From Myxococcota bacterium (GTDB lineage: Bacteria > Myxococcota_A > UBA9160 > PR03), in assembly GCA_041611735.1 (NCBI GenBank), contig JBFIML010000007.1:1-64000 (forward strand): 64,000 nucleotides of DNA, in the 5' to 3' direction. Positions 38,629 through 52,728 of the stretch are shown piece after piece. The position numbers were made by a program, and so were the translations under genes. Each line of letters starts with the position of its first letter. Within the stretch, counting starts at the first letter, position 1. The notes under the pieces were generated by a model that saw only the letters and a list, made by a program, of their open reading frames with translations, did not search any database and was not told where the DNA came from.

Positions 38629-39653
38629 GGCGCCTCGCCCGCCTCCCGGCTGGCGCGCACCAGGGCCTCGAGCCGGGACCGGGCCGCCCCCTCGTCCAGG
38701 CTGCGGCGCGCCAGGGTCAGGCCGCCCCCCAGGTTCGCCACCGCCTCCGCCACCCAGAGCGCCGCGGCGGCGTTCAGCAGCACCACGTCGCGACGCGGGC
38801 CCGGCTCGCCCTCCAGCACCGCCCGCACCAGGGCGGCGTTCTCGCGGGCGTCCCCTCCCCTCAGGTCCTCGGGCCGTGCCCGCGGCAGACCGAGCGCCTG
38901 CGCGTCGATCTCGAGCCGCTCCAACCGCCCTCCGGCGAGCCAGGCGGCGTCGGTGGCGGCCACGGTGCTGATCTCGTCGAGCCCGTCGCGGCCGTGGACC
39001 ACCAGGGCCCGCTCGGCGCCGAGCCGCCCGAGGGCCCGGGCCAGGGGCTCGACCAGGAGGACGTCGTAGACGCCCACCAGCTGGCGGCGCACGCCGGTCG
39101 GGTTCACCAGCGGGCCGAGGCAGTTCATGAGGGTGCGGATGCCGAGTTCCTGGCGCACGCCGGCCACGTGACGCATGGCGGGATGGGCGCGGCGGGCGAA
39201 GAAGGGTGCGATCCCCACCTGGCGCAGCAGCTCCGCGGAGCGCGCCACGGGCAGGTCGACGCAGACGCCGAGCGCCTCGAGCACGTCGATGCTGCCGGCC
39301 CGGCTCGAGGCGGCCCGGTTGCCGTGCTTCGCCACCGGCACGCCGGCGCCGGCCACCACGAAGGCCGCCGCCGTGGAGATGTTGAACGTCGCGGCTCCGT
39401 CGCCCCCCGTGCCGCAGGTGTCCACCGTACGCGGATCGGGCGCCGGCGCGGTCGAGGCCCGGCTGCGCAGGGCGCGGGCGGCGGCCACGATCTCGTCCAC
39501 CGTCTCGCCCTTGGTGCGGAGCGCCACCAGCAGGGCCGCAATCGTCACCGCCGAGGCCTTGCCGTCCATGATCTCGCCGAAGGCGGCCTCGAGCACGTCG
39601 CCCGGGACCTCGTCCCCGCACACGGCCACGTCGATGGCGCGCCGCAGGCTCAT
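38625..39653 (-). CDS. trpD: Anthranilate phosphoribosyltransferase
   Basis: [32 protein letters not shown]. Confidence 0.95.
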   Translation of the reverse strand: MSLRRAIDVAVCGDEVPGDVLEAAFGEIMDGKASAVTIAALLVALRTKGETVDEIVAAARALRSRASTAPAPDPRTVDTCGTGGDGAATFNISTAAAFVVAGAGVPVAKHGNRAASSRAGSIDVLEALGVCVDLPVARSAELLRQVGIAPFFARRAHPAMRHVAGVRQELGIRTLMNCLGPLVNPTGVRRQLVGVYDVLLVEPLARALGRLGAERALVVHGRDGLDEISTVAATDAAWLAGGRLERLEIDAQALGLPRARPEDLRGGDARENAALVRAVLEGEPGPRRDVVLLNAAAALWVAEAVANLGGGLTLARRSLDEGAARSRLEALVRASREAGEAP

Positions 39654-40234
39654 GCCGCGGCCCGGCAGCGATCCAGGAAGTTGCGCAGCAGATCCCGGCC
39701 CGCGGGCGTGCGGATCGACTCCGGATGGAACTGCACGCCCTCCGCCGTCAGCGTGCGGTGGCGCAGGCCCATGATCTCGTGGTCCGGCGTCCGCGCGCTC
39801 ACCGCGAGCGCCTTCGGAACGCTCGCGGGATCGACCACCAGCGAGTGGTAGCGGGTGGCCTCCAGGGGCGACGCAAGGCCGCGGAAGACCCCCTCCCCGT
39901 CGTGCAGGATCGGGCTCGTCTTGCCGTGCATGGGCCGCTGCGCCCGCCGCACCCGGGCCCCGAAGGCGACGGCCAGGGCCTGGTGACCCAGGCAGACGCC
40001 GAGCACCGGCACGCCGGCCGCCGCGAAGCCGCGCAGGGCGGCCACCGAGACGCCCGCCCGCTCGGGCCCGCCCGGGCCCGGCGAGACCACGAGACCCTGG
40101 GGTGCACGCGCCCGCAGCGCCTCGGCCGACGCTGCATCGTTGCGGACTACCTCCACCTCGGCCCCGAGCTCTCCCAGGTACTGCACGAGGTTGTACGTGA
40201 AGGAGTCGTAGTTGTCGATCATGAGGATGCGCAC
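39650..40234 (-). CDS. trpG: Anthranilate synthase component II (glutamine amidotransferase)
   Basis: [36 protein letters not shown]. Confidence 0.93.
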   Translation of the reverse strand: MRILMIDNYDSFTYNLVQYLGELGAEVEVVRNDAASAEALRARAPQGLVVSPGPGGPERAGVSVAALRGFAAAGVPVLGVCLGHQALAVAFGARVRRAQRPMHGKTSPILHDGEGVFRGLASPLEATRYHSLVVDPASVPKALAVSARTPDHEIMGLRHRTLTAEGVQFHPESIRTPAGRDLLRNFLDRCRAAA

Positions 40235-40278
40235 GATCGCGCCGAAAGCCGAGAGATGACGGAGGTTTATCAAAGGCC

Positions 40279-42723
40279 CTAGAGCACGTCAAGCAAGCCG
40301 AGACCGAGGCCCCTCCCCGTCCCGAAGGGGCGCACCGCATCGTCCCCGATCCCGATCAGCCGATAGCGGATGCCGAACGCGTAGCCGCGCTGGCGATCGT
40401 CCTCGATCTCGAGGCGGATCGCCCAGCAACGACAGCGCGAGATGTACTCGACGCCGCCCTGGTTGGCGATCGAGAGCGACGACTGGAAGCTGAAGGCGCC
40501 GCGGTAGGTGAGCGCCCACTGGGGCGTGAGCGCCGCGCGCAGCGAGAGCCCCAGCTGGTTGATGCGGTCGAAGTCCGCTCGAAACCCGCTGAAGCGCTCG
40601 TCGTCGAAGGCGAAGTCCTCGAAACGGCGCGGCAGCTCGCGCAGGTAGCGGTAGTCGAGGCCTGCCTCGTGGCCGCGGGGATGGCTCCAGCCGAAGGCCA
40701 TCAAGGCCTCGCCCAGGTTCCGGGCCTCCGGATCCCAGGCCACGTGGAAGCGGGCCGTGGTGGCCGGGAAGGGATACGTGCGTCCCTCCACGACCAGCAG
40801 GCCGAAGTCGCCCTTCTCGAAGAGGTACTCGGCCGCCAGGGTCAGATCCGCCCACACGCGGGTGCCGCCGACCCCTTCCGCGTGACCCAGGATGCGGTTG
40901 TCCAGGGCCAGCACGACGCCGTTGAACGGCTCGATGCGGTCCGCCGGGTCGCGTACCACGTTGTCGAGCTCGAGCTGGCGGACGCGGCGCTGGGGCAGCG
41001 CCGTGCCCGGGACCAGCAGCGGGTTGTCGCCCTGGCCGGAGTCGGAGACCCAGGCCCAGGCGACGCGCGGCGCCAGGAGGTGGGTGGCGGAACCGCCCGA
41101 AAAGGGCAGCCGGAAGCGGCGCCTGAGCCGCGTGCGCAGGTCCACCCGGGCGGTGAAGAGGCTGCGCTCCTCGAAGTCCTGCTCGGCCGTTTCGTAGAAC
41201 GTCCCGTGGTAGCCCACCTCCGGGAAGAGCTCGAAGCGGTCGCCGAGGCGCAGCGGCAGGCCGACGCGCGGGTTCACCACCAGACGCTGGCCCCGATCCG
41301 CCAGGGGCTCCCCTTCCTGGTAGATCCCGTCGCCTTCGGTGCCCGCCGGGTTCAGGACCGAGAAGTCGTCGCCGCTGCCATCGCCCATCACGACGGCGCC
41401 GCTCGGGTCCCGCTCCCGCCCGTTCGGAATCCCGTCGATGCCCGTGTCCAGGAAGAGCCCGGAGAGAGCGCCGATGCCGAGGTCGTCCTCGGCGCGGTCG
41501 GCGGGCTGGAAGTTGGCGTAGCGGACGTCGAGGGCGGCCAGCACGGGCAGCGGACCGAGCCGCCGGGGCAGCAGCGCCGCGCTGAGCTCCGGGAGGCGCT
41601 GGAGCAGGAAGTCGTCGCGATCCAGGTCATCCGGGTTCTGGAGGTCGTCCGCCACCTGCACGCCGCCGGCGAAGCCGACGCGATCCGACGCCCCGAAGTG
41701 CCGGGTGACGAAGCCCCTCGACTCCAGGAAGGGCTGCACCCGGGTCGGGGAGAGCTCGGCGAAGTCGAAGGAGTACAGATTGTCGGACATGGCCCGGGCA
41801 TCGACCTTGAGCCGCCAGTCGGCGGGCAGGAAGTGATCGTGGCGCCACTCGAAGGCCCAGCGGTCGTCGTCGAAGTGGGTGGAGGGATCGTCGGGATCGA
41901 GGTCGGTGTCGCGGATGTAGCTGGCCAGGGCCTCGCCCTGGGAACGTTCACCGAACACGTACTCGAGCTCGAGACGGGGCTTGAAGCCGCGCTCGAACAG
42001 CCACGACGGGGTCAGGATCACGTTCACGTTGGGGGCGGCGGCCCAGAAGAAGGGCAGCCCGAGGTCGCCTCCGCTGCGGCTGGTGACGCCGAACTCGGGC
42101 AGCAGGAAGCCGGTCTCGCGCTCCTTGCGCAGCGGATAGGTCATCCACGGCACCCACAGCACCGGAACGCCCAGCACGTCGAAGGTGGTGTTGCGCGCCG
42201 TGCCGGTGCCGTCCTCGGCGAGCTCCGCCTCCTGCGCCCGGATCGCCCAGGGGTCCCGACCGGGATCCGGACAGCGGCAGGTGGTGAAGCGGCTCTCGGC
42301 GAAGCTGTAGGACTCGGGCCCCGTCTTGCGCACCTCGCGGCCCTCGAGGCGGAAGTGGGTCTCCGGGGACTCGAGGCGCCCGTCGAACACGACGCCCTCC
42401 AGGGTCTCTACGTCGAACTGGACGAAGGCCGCGTGGAGGGAGTCCCGGCCCTCGCGGATCACCACGCCGCCGCTCGCCACGCCGACGCCCGTGCGCTTGC
42501 TGAGGCTCACCCAGTCGGCCGTCAAGGTGCGTCCTTCCTGGGTGATGCGCACGTTGCCCCGGGCCACGTAGAGCTCGCGCTCGCGCTCGTACTCCACCTG
42601 GTCGGCGCTCAGGTCCCAGGGTCCGCGCACGGCGATGGGGCGCTCCGGCGCCTCCTGCGCGTGCCCCGTCCAGGCGACGCCGAGCGCCAGCCCCACGAGC
42701 GCGATCGAGTAGCGGCGACCCAA
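40279..42723 (-). CDS. lptD: LPS-assembly protein LptD
   Basis: Signal peptide, OstA-like N-domain ([12 protein letters not shown]), [13 protein letters not shown]-terminal beta-barrel ending CRCWAI. Confidence 0.85.
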   Translation of the reverse strand: MGRRYSIALVGLALGVAWTGHAQEAPERPIAVRGPWDLSADQVEYERERELYVARGNVRITQEGRTLTADWVSLSKRTGVGVASGGVVIREGRDSLHAAFVQFDVETLEGVVFDGRLESPETHFRLEGREVRKTGPESYSFAESRFTTCRCPDPGRDPWAIRAQEAELAEDGTGTARNTTFDVLGVPVLWVPWMTYPLRKERETGFLLPEFGVTSRSGGDLGLPFFWAAAPNVNVILTPSWLFERGFKPRLELEYVFGERSQGEALASYIRDTDLDPDDPSTHFDDDRWAFEWRHDHFLPADWRLKVDARAMSDNLYSFDFAELSPTRVQPFLESRGFVTRHFGASDRVGFAGGVQVADDLQNPDDLDRDDFLLQRLPELSAALLPRRLGPLPVLAALDVRYANFQPADRAEDDLGIGALSGLFLDTGIDGIPNGRERDPSGAVVMGDGSGDDFSVLNPAGTEGDGIYQEGEPLADRGQRLVVNPRVGLPLRLGDRFELFPEVGYHGTFYETAEQDFEERSLFTARVDLRTRLRRRFRLPFSGGSATHLLAPRVAWAWVSDSGQGDNPLLVPGTALPQRRVRQLELDNVVRDPADRIEPFNGVVLALDNRILGHAEGVGGTRVWADLTLAAEYLFEKGDFGLLVVEGRTYPFPATTARFHVAWDPEARNLGEALMAFGWSHPRGHEAGLDYRYLRELPRRFEDFAFDDERFSGFRADFDRINQLGLSLRAALTPQWALTYRGAFSFQSSLSIANQGGVEYISRCRCWAIRLEIEDDRQRGYAFGIRYRLIGIGDDAVRPFGTGRGLGLGLLDVL

Positions 42724-42784
42724 GCGCTGCCCCCCCGCCCGCGCAGCGGGCGGCGCTCACCCTACCCCACGGGATCGCCAGGGG

Positions 42785-43462
42785 TCAACGCGGCGCGGGC
42801 GGGGCCGGGCTTGCGGCTTGCGGGAGGCAGGCGCAGAGGGCCTGCGGATCGGGGATCACGAGGGCGTCGTCCTCCAGCCGCAGCAGCTTGCGCTGGAACA
42901 GCCCCTCCAGCGCGCGGTGGCACTCGAGGAGCGAGAGCCCGGTGTCCGCGGCGAGCTCCCGCAGACTGGTCTGCAGGCGGACCGCCTGCCCTTGCGTCCC
43001 CGTGCGCCGCAGCAGCGAGCGCACCACGGGCTCCCGCAGGTCCGGAATCCCGATCCCGGCCAGACGCCGCTCCAGCTGGGACACCCGGGCGCACAGGCGC
43101 GCCACGATGCGGAGCGCGATCTCCGGCCGCTCGAGGCACATGGCTTCGAAGGTGGCGCGATCGAGCTCGAGCAGCTGCGTGGGGGCCCGGGCCACCGCGC
43201 GCTGCGTGCGCGGCTGGCCGAGGAGCAGGTCGTCCTCGCCGAAGAGCTCGCCGGCGCCGGCGCACCCCAGGAGCCGCGGGCCGCAGGGCCCGGGCCGGGA
43301 GAGCTCCACCTCCCCGGCCTGGATGGCGTAGACGCAGCCGGCCGGCTGGCCCACGTCGAAGACCACTTCGCCCGACGCCACGGCCCGGGCAAAGACCTGG
43401 CTGGGCGACTGCCCGGCCTGCCGAGGAGGGGCGGGATGCGGCGGGGCGGGGTCCGGGGCCAC
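42785..43462 (-). CDS. Crp/Fnr-like cNMP-binding protein with C-terminal winged HTH
   Basis: GEVVFDVG, GELFGE, PRTQRA, then C-helix and ELAADTGLS HTH. Start uncertain. Confidence 0.75.
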   Translation of the reverse strand: MAPDPAPPHPAPPRQAGQSPSQVFARAVASGEVVFDVGQPAGCVYAIQAGEVELSRPGPCGPRLLGCAGAGELFGEDDLLLGQPRTQRAVARAPTQLLELDRATFEAMCLERPEIALRIVARLCARVSQLERRLAGIGIPDLREPVVRSLLRRTGTQGQAVRLQTSLRELAADTGLSLLECHRALEGLFQRKLLRLEDDALVIPDPQALCACLPQAASPAPPAPR

Positions 43463-43469
43463 GGCAACG

Positions 43470-43497
43470 ATTTCGACCGGCGGGGAGCAGCGCTTGA
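43470..43497 (-). promoter_or_regulatory. Putative sigma28-type promoter for the Crp-like gene
   Basis: Minus strand TCAAG-N15-GTCGAAAT, 7 nt before the GTG. Confidence 0.5.
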
Positions 43498-43511
43498 GGG
43501 TGCGGTGGGCC

Positions 43512-44021
43512 TCAGGCCGGACCGGCGCGGCGGGCCAGCAGGCCATCCACGGCCTGCTCGAGATCCGCCCCGTCCACGACACCGAGGTGCAGGGAATCGA
43601 TGCGGCCCTCGGCGTCCACCACCACGAGGGCCGGGAAGCCGGGGGCCCCGTAGTCCCGGGCGAGCGCCTCGCTGCCCAGCAGCACCGGGTAGCGGATGCC
43701 GTGCTCGCGGGCGAAGGCTGCCACCACCTCCGGGCCCTGCACGTCCACGGACACGCCGAGCACCACAACGCCCTCGTCGCGCCGGACCTCGTAGAAGGCG
43801 TTCAGCACCGGGATCTGGAACACGCAGGGCGCGCACCAGGTGGCCCAGAAGTCGATCACCACGAGCCGCCCGCGAAAGCTCTCCAGGGAGACCGGACGGC
43901 CTTCCAGGTCCGGCAGCGTGAAGGGCGGCGCGAGCTCGGCAGCCTCCGGTGCCTGCGCCTCGGAGCAGGCCAGGGCCCCGAGCGCGAGCGCCAGGCGCGC
44001 CAGCCCGACCCGGCGCCTCAC
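43512..44021 (-). CDS. TlpA/ResA-like thiol-disulfide oxidoreductase lipoprotein
   Basis: Lipobox LGALAC, APPFTLPDLEG, DFWATWCAPC. Confidence 0.9.
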   Translation of the reverse strand: MRRRVGLARLALALGALACSEAQAPEAAELAPPFTLPDLEGRPVSLESFRGRLVVIDFWATWCAPCVFQIPVLNAFYEVRRDEGVVVLGVSVDVQGPEVVAAFAREHGIRYPVLLGSEALARDYGAPGFPALVVVDAEGRIDSLHLGVVDGADLEQAVDGLLARRAGPA

Positions 44022-44794
44022 AGGAGCGTCTCCTCCAGGGCCACCACGAACCGGTTCAGGAACGCGAAGTAGGCGTTCAGGCGGGTCAGCTGGTCGGTCA
44101 GCACCAGGACGCCCACGGCCACGAGCAGCGCTCCGGAGGCGAGCTCGATGCGCCGGAAGTGGCGCCGCACGCGCTGGAACGCCTGCAGGAAGCGCTCCAG
44201 GCTCCAGCCGGCCAGCAGGAAGGGCACCGCCAGGCCCGCCGAGTACACCGACAGCAGCCAGATCCCCTGCCCCACGGTCTCCCGGCTGCCGGCCAGGGTG
44301 AGGATGCCGCCGAGGATCGGACCGATGCACGGCGACCAGCCGAAGGCGAAGGCGGCGCCCACCAGCGCCGCGCCGAGCGGACCGGCGGGCCTGCTGCGCA
44401 CCTCCAGGCGCCGCTCGCGCTGGAGTCCCGGGAGCTGCAGGACCCCGGCCACGTGCAGACCCATCAGGATGATCACGAGGCCGGCCAGCTGGATCAGGCC
44501 GATCTCGAACCCGAAGAGCTCCACGCGCCAGCTGCGCAGGGCCCGGCCCAGCAGGGTGGCCGTCGCCCCGAGGGCCACGAACACGGCCGAGAAGCCGAAC
44601 ACGAAGCCGAGGCATGCGAACAGCACGTGGCGGCGCACCCGTCCGCCTCCCGGCGCCTCCCGCAGCTCCTCCACCGTGAGCCCCGAGACCAGGGACAGGT
44701 ACGCGGGCATCAGCGGCAGCACGCACGGCGAGAGCACCGAGAGCAGACCGGCGCCGAAGGCCGCGACTCCGCTTGCCAGCCCCGCTTCGCCCAT
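44018..44794 (-). CDS. ccdA: Cytochrome c biogenesis protein CcdA
   Basis: LSPCVLPLMP-Y and FGWSPCIGPIL, multiple TM helices. Confidence 0.92.
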   Translation of the reverse strand: MGEAGLASGVAAFGAGLLSVLSPCVLPLMPAYLSLVSGLTVEELREAPGGGRVRRHVLFACLGFVFGFSAVFVALGATATLLGRALRSWRVELFGFEIGLIQLAGLVIILMGLHVAGVLQLPGLQRERRLEVRSRPAGPLGAALVGAAFAFGWSPCIGPILGGILTLAGSRETVGQGIWLLSVYSAGLAVPFLLAGWSLERFLQAFQRVRRHFRRIELASGALLVAVGVLVLTDQLTRLNAYFAFLNRFVVALEETLL

Positions 44795-44854
44795 GGTTCC
44801 TCCGCGAGCGGACCCCGCGGCGCTCCGGGTCTCGCCCCTCGGACCGCGGGGAAG

Positions 44855-45244
44855 CTAGAAGTCGGTCCCGTACTCCGGCTCGACCGGGACCGGCTGGCGC
44901 AGATCCCGGTCGGCGGGCGCCCGTCCCACGAACTCCAGGGGACGCTGTCCCCTTAGATGCTCGGGAGTCACCACGTAGTCCCCGCGCAGGGCCGCCGTCA
45001 GGACGGGGCGCGCCACGGCCGCGTCTCCGCCCGAGAAGATCCACGCGAGGCCGGCGATCAGGGATCCGCCCCCGGCGTAGATCAGCTTGGCGGGGCTGTA
45101 GAAGATCGTCGCCAGGCCAGCGGCGGCCCCCATGCCGGCCTCCGACCCCAGGCGTTCCGCCCGGGCGGGCGCGGCCAGCAGCACGAGAGCGAGCGCCAGC
45201 GGCGCCCAGCGCCTCAAGCGGGAAGACGACAGGTGAAACGACAC
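44855..45244 (-). CDS. Hypothetical exported/membrane protein
   Basis: Signal peptide (APARA), a hydrophobic segment, and GDYVVTPEHL. Confidence 0.6.
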   Translation of the reverse strand: MSFHLSSSRLRRWAPLALALVLLAAPARAERLGSEAGMGAAAGLATIFYSPAKLIYAGGGSLIAGLAWIFSGGDAAVARPVLTAALRGDYVVTPEHLRGQRPLEFVGRAPADRDLRQPVPVEPEYGTDF

Positions 45245-45340
45245 GTGAACCCCCTCCGGTGCGGCGGCCCGCGGGCGGCCGCCGGGCCCCGTCCACCGCC
45301 AGTGTGCCGGGCGGGCGGGCGGGCGGCAAGCGAGCCGGCG

Positions 45341-45790
45341 CTAGAAGCGCTTGTCCGTGTCGAGCAGCACGGTCACCGGCCCGCTGTTGACCAGCGCCAC
45401 CTCCATCATGGCGCCGAAGCGTCCGGTCACCACGGGAACGCCGACGGCCCGCGCCGCCTCGGCCAGCGCCGCCAGCAAGGGCTCCGCCTGCTCGGCGGGC
45501 GCCGCTTCGATCCAGGACGGCCGCCGGCCCTTGCGCGCATCGCCGAAGAGCGTGAACTGCGAGATCACGCCGAGGGTACCGCCCGTCTCGAGGAGCGAGC
45601 GATTCATGCGTCCGGCCTCGTCCTCGAGGACGCGCAGGTGCACCAGGCGATGGGCCAGCTCCGAGGCCGCCGCGGCGGCGTCGTGGCGACCCACGCCGAC
45701 CAGCGCCAGCAGCCCCGGCCCCATCCGCGCCACGGTCTCGCCGCCCACGCGCACGCACGCCGAGCGGACCCGCTGCGCCACCGCCCGCAC
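45341..45790 (-). CDS. dtd: D-aminoacyl-tRNA deacylase
   Basis: MRAV-QRV, SQFTL, KGRRPS, N-GPVT. Confidence 0.95.
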   Translation of the reverse strand: MRAVAQRVRSACVRVGGETVARMGPGLLALVGVGRHDAAAAASELAHRLVHLRVLEDEAGRMNRSLLETGGTLGVISQFTLFGDARKGRRPSWIEAAPAEQAEPLLAALAEAARAVGVPVVTGRFGAMMEVALVNSGPVTVLLDTDKRF

Positions 45791-45794
45791 GAGG

Positions 45795-46307
45795 CTAGAG
45801 GCTTTCCTGCCGGGCGAAGCGGCCGCGGTAGACGGCAGAGCCCTCGGTGCGCATGAGCACCAGCTGGCAGACCCGCACGCCCGCGTGGATGGAGAGCGGG
45901 TGGCCGGCCACGTTGCTCATCTCGAGGACCTGCCGGCTCGAGACGCCCGGCTGCACGAAGGCCGAGGTCACGTGGATCATCAGCCCGAGCCGGGCAAAGC
46001 GGCTGCGCCCCTCCAGGAACCCGCACAGGTCCGCGGGCAGGGTCACGCGCTCGCGCGTGATGCCGTGGATGGTCGCACCGGGCTGGAGCAGGAAGGGCTC
46101 CCGCAGCTCCTGCCGGCGCGTGTGATCGCGGTAGTCCGCATCGTCCCGGATCGGGATCGGCTCGCGGCCGCGCTCGATCACCCGGATCTCGTCGCCGAGG
46201 GTGAGGTCGACGGAGGCCGGCCCCACGTGCTCCGGCGCAAAGGGGTCGATGGCGAGGCGCCCGGCCTCGATCTCGCGCAGGATCACGTCGCGCGTCAGCA
46301 CGGCCAT
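45795..46307 (-). CDS. dcd: dCTP deaminase
   Basis: PASVDLTL, EGRSRFARLGL, LEMSN, CQL. Confidence 0.88.
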   Translation of the reverse strand: MAVLTRDVILREIEAGRLAIDPFAPEHVGPASVDLTLGDEIRVIERGREPIPIRDDADYRDHTRRQELREPFLLQPGATIHGITRERVTLPADLCGFLEGRSRFARLGLMIHVTSAFVQPGVSSRQVLEMSNVAGHPLSIHAGVRVCQLVLMRTEGSAVYRGRFARQESL

Positions 46308-46334
46308 CGGGGTTGCGCATGATACCCTACGCCG

Positions 46335-47144
46335 GTGCCGCACCCGTATTTCGCCGTGCCGCCGCCGGTGGTGATCGGTCACCGGGGCGCCGCCGGCATG
46401 GCGCCCGAGAACACGCTGCTCTCCTTCGAGCGGGCCCTGGCAGAGGGAGCGCAGATCCTGGAGAGCGACGTCCACGCCACCCGGGACGGGGCCATCGTGC
46501 TGATGCACGACGACCGGGTGGAGCGCACGACGGACGGACGCGGACGCGTGGCGGAGCTCTCCCTCGCCGCGCTGCGGCGCCTGGACGCGGGCTGGAGCTT
46601 CGAGCCCTGCCCCGGCGCCGGCTTCCCGTTCCGGGGCCGCGGCGTTCGCGTACCCACCCTGGAGGAGTCGTTCCAGGCCTTTCCGGGCGCACGCTTCAAC
46701 CTGGAACTCAAGGAGGACGTGCCCGGGCTGCTGGCGCGCACGGTGGAGATCGTGGCGACCGCGGGAAGAGCCGAGCTCACCCTGCTCACCACCGCGGAGG
46801 ACGCCTTCATGGCCCGCCTGCGCGCCCACCTGGCCGCGACCGGCGTGGGCGTGGCGGTGGGTGCCTGCACCGGCGACGTGCTGCGCTTCCTGCGCGCCGC
46901 TCAGGAGGGCAAGCCACCGCCCCCGGAGGTCATGGCCCTCCAGGTGCCGGCGGAGTTCGGGGGCCGGCTCCTGGTCACGCGCGAGTTCGTACGCCACGCC
47001 CACGCCCACGGCATCGCCGTCCACGTCTGGACGGTAAACGAGCCCGCCCGGATGGAGCAGCTCCTGGACCTCGGGGTGGACGGGCTGGTGACCGATTTCC
47101 CGGGCCGGATGGCGCAGCTCCTGGCCCGGCGCCGCTCCGCCTGA
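46335..47144 (+). CDS. Glycerophosphodiester phosphodiesterase
   Basis: GHRG---APENT, E-DV--TRDG, HD--V-RTT, PTLEE, WTVN, TDFP. Confidence 0.92.
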   Translation: MPHPYFAVPPPVVIGHRGAAGMAPENTLLSFERALAEGAQILESDVHATRDGAIVLMHDDRVERTTDGRGRVAELSLAALRRLDAGWSFEPCPGAGFPFRGRGVRVPTLEESFQAFPGARFNLELKEDVPGLLARTVEIVATAGRAELTLLTTAEDAFMARLRAHLAATGVGVAVGACTGDVLRFLRAAQEGKPPPPEVMALQVPAEFGGRLLVTREFVRHAHAHGIAVHVWTVNEPARMEQLLDLGVDGLVTDFPGRMAQLLARRRSA

Positions 47145-47154
47145 GCTTGTCAGA

Positions 47155-48285
47155 TCACTGGAGGGATTCGGCCGAGGTCTCGGGATCCTCTTGGCTTTCC
47201 AGGCGCGCGAGGGCCCAGCGGGCGTGCTCCGCCAGGAGCGGGTCCGGACCCTCCGCGTGGCGCCGCACCGCCGGGAGCAGGCTGCGGTCGCCGGAGTTGC
47301 CTGCCGCCACCAGGGCGTTGCGCAGGAGCCCCCGGCGCTTGGCCCGGCGCAGGGCGCTGCGACGCGTGGCTGCGCGCCAGGCGGACTCGTCGAGGCCGAG
47401 GATCCAGGCGAGCTCGGGCCGCACCCACTCGGGCCGCGCGGCGAGCCGCGCCCGCAGCCCGGTCCGGTCCGGCGGGCGCTCCCTCCCCCGTCGCTGGTTC
47501 CAGGGACAGACCTCCTGGCACACGTCGCAGCCGAACACCCAGTCCCCCTGGGCGGCGCGCAGGGGCTCCGGGATCGCACCGCGCAGCTCGATGGTCGTGT
47601 AGGAGAGGCAGCGCGTGGCATCCAGGACGTAGGGCTCGGGGAAGGCGTCGGTCGGGCAGGCGTCGAGACAGGCCCGGCAGCTCCCGCAGTGGTCCGGCTC
47701 CCGGCGCTCCGCGGGCAGGTCGAGGTCCGTGAGCAACACGCCCAGGAAGAACCACGAGCCGAGACCCGGCTCGATCAGGCAGGTGTTCTTGCCGATCCAT
47801 CCCAGGCCGGCCTGGGCGCCGAGCACGCGCTCGAGCACGGGGCCCGTGTCCACGTACGGGCGGGTCTGCACCGCGCGTTGCGCCAGGGCCTCCAGGCCGG
47901 CCGCCACCGCACGCAGCCGCTCGCCCATCACGTCGTGGTAGTCGTCACCGCCGGCATAGCGCGCCACGCCGCCCCGCCCGGGGGCGGCGGCTCCGCGCTC
48001 CGGGGGCTCGTAGACGAGGCCCACCACCAGCGCGCTGCGCGCCCCCTCGAACACGAGGCGCGGGTCCACGCGGGCGTCGAGCCGACGCTCCATCCAGGCC
48101 ATCTCGCCGTGGTAGCCGCGCGCCAGCCACTGGCGCAGGAAGCGCGACTCGGAGGTCGGCTCGAGGCGGGCCACCCCGGCGCGATCGAAGCCCACGGCGA
48201 GGGCGAGCGCCTTGGCGCGCTCGGCGAGGACGCGCCCGGCGGCGGGCTCGGCAGCGGCGGCGGCGGGCGGGAGCGGGCGGGCCAC
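47155..48285 (-). CDS. queG: tRNA epoxyqueuosine(34) reductase
   Basis: YA-GDDYH, VDTGPVLER, GWIGKN, CGSCRACLDACPT, CLSY-TIE, GCDVCQEVCPWN. Start uncertain. Confidence 0.93.
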   Translation of the reverse strand: MARPLPPAAAAAEPAAGRVLAERAKALALAVGFDRAGVARLEPTSESRFLRQWLARGYHGEMAWMERRLDARVDPRLVFEGARSALVVGLVYEPPERGAAAPGRGGVARYAGGDDYHDVMGERLRAVAAGLEALAQRAVQTRPYVDTGPVLERVLGAQAGLGWIGKNTCLIEPGLGSWFFLGVLLTDLDLPAERREPDHCGSCRACLDACPTDAFPEPYVLDATRCLSYTTIELRGAIPEPLRAAQGDWVFGCDVCQEVCPWNQRRGRERPPDRTGLRARLAARPEWVRPELAWILGLDESAWRAATRRSALRRAKRRGLLRNALVAAGNSGDRSLLPAVRRHAEGPDPLLAEHARWALARLESQEDPETSAESLQ

Positions 48286-48349
48286 GGGTCTTCCAGGAGG
48301 CGACGGATGCGCCTCGTGCCCCGCGACGGTATCGCCACCTCCGACGCGG

Positions 48350-49171
48350 TCAATCGGCGGCGGGCGGTGCACGCAGGGCGCCGGCCAGCGCGACCAGCGC
48401 CAGACAGCCGAGCACATACACGGCGAGGCCCGCCGTCTCGTGCACGCTGGGTCCGGTGACCGCCACGACGCCGAAGCGGTGGGCCGCCAGCACGGTGCCC
48501 ACCACCCGTACCAGATTCGCCGCCAGGGCGATGGGGACGACGGCCAGCCCGAGGGCCAGGGCGCGCCAGGGCGGCGTGCGCAGGAACCAGGCCAGCATCA
48601 CGGCCAGGGGCGTCAACGTGACCACCGACGTGACGCCGCTGCAGGCTTCGGCCACGAAGAGCGCCTGGCCGTCCGGCAGGCGCAGGACGTTGCCCTCGCG
48701 GGTCACCCCGGCGCCCAGAACGTCGAGGGTGGCCACGGCCGCCTGGGAGACGAAGAGCTGCAGCTGCACGATCCCGGGGCGGATCCAGTCCGGAGGCGGG
48801 GGCACCATGAAGAGCAGGAAGGCCAGGGGGAAGGCGAGCGCCCGCAGCCAGGCCAGCCCGCGCAGCAACCACACGGCGGCCGCCAGGGCCAGGACGGCCG
48901 CCAGGCCCTGGGCGCTGGCGGAGCCCGCTCCCAGCCCCAGGACGTAGAGGGCGAGGGCCACGATCCCGAAGGGAGCGGCGCGGCCGTCCGGCCGGATCGG
49001 GATGCCGCGGCGCGCTCCGCGCCCGGCCCACACCATCCACAGGGCGACGAAGGGAACCAGCCAGCCGTGGGACCAGTAGTCGAGGGACGACCAGACCCCG
49101 GCGAGGGCGAGCCCCGCCGGCGCGAGAACCAGGAGCAGGAGGGCGGCGAAGGCCCACTCGGCGCGGCGCAT
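48350..49171 (-). CDS. Exosortase/archaeosortase family protein
   Basis: Multi-TM protein with YWSHG, LLFMVP, and catalytic VAEACSG, N-VRV, HE. Confidence 0.85.
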   Translation of the reverse strand: MRRAEWAFAALLLLVLAPAGLALAGVWSSLDYWSHGWLVPFVALWMVWAGRGARRGIPIRPDGRAAPFGIVALALYVLGLGAGSASAQGLAAVLALAAAVWLLRGLAWLRALAFPLAFLLFMVPPPPDWIRPGIVQLQLFVSQAAVATLDVLGAGVTREGNVLRLPDGQALFVAEACSGVTSVVTLTPLAVMLAWFLRTPPWRALALGLAVVPIALAANLVRVVGTVLAAHRFGVVAVTGPSVHETAGLAVYVLGCLALVALAGALRAPPAAD

Positions 49172-49264
49172 GCTCCTCCCATCGGCCGGCCCGGCGAGAA
49201 TATGCAGCCCCGAGCGCCGGGGTGCGACCGCCGCGCGCCGGCGGCTTGGAAAGGGACGCCCGTC

Positions 49265-52672
<3,408 letters not shown>

Positions 52673-52728
52673 GAGGAACAGTCTACCTTCGCGGGCTCGG
52701 TGCCGCGGGGCACCGGCACGGAGGCCCC

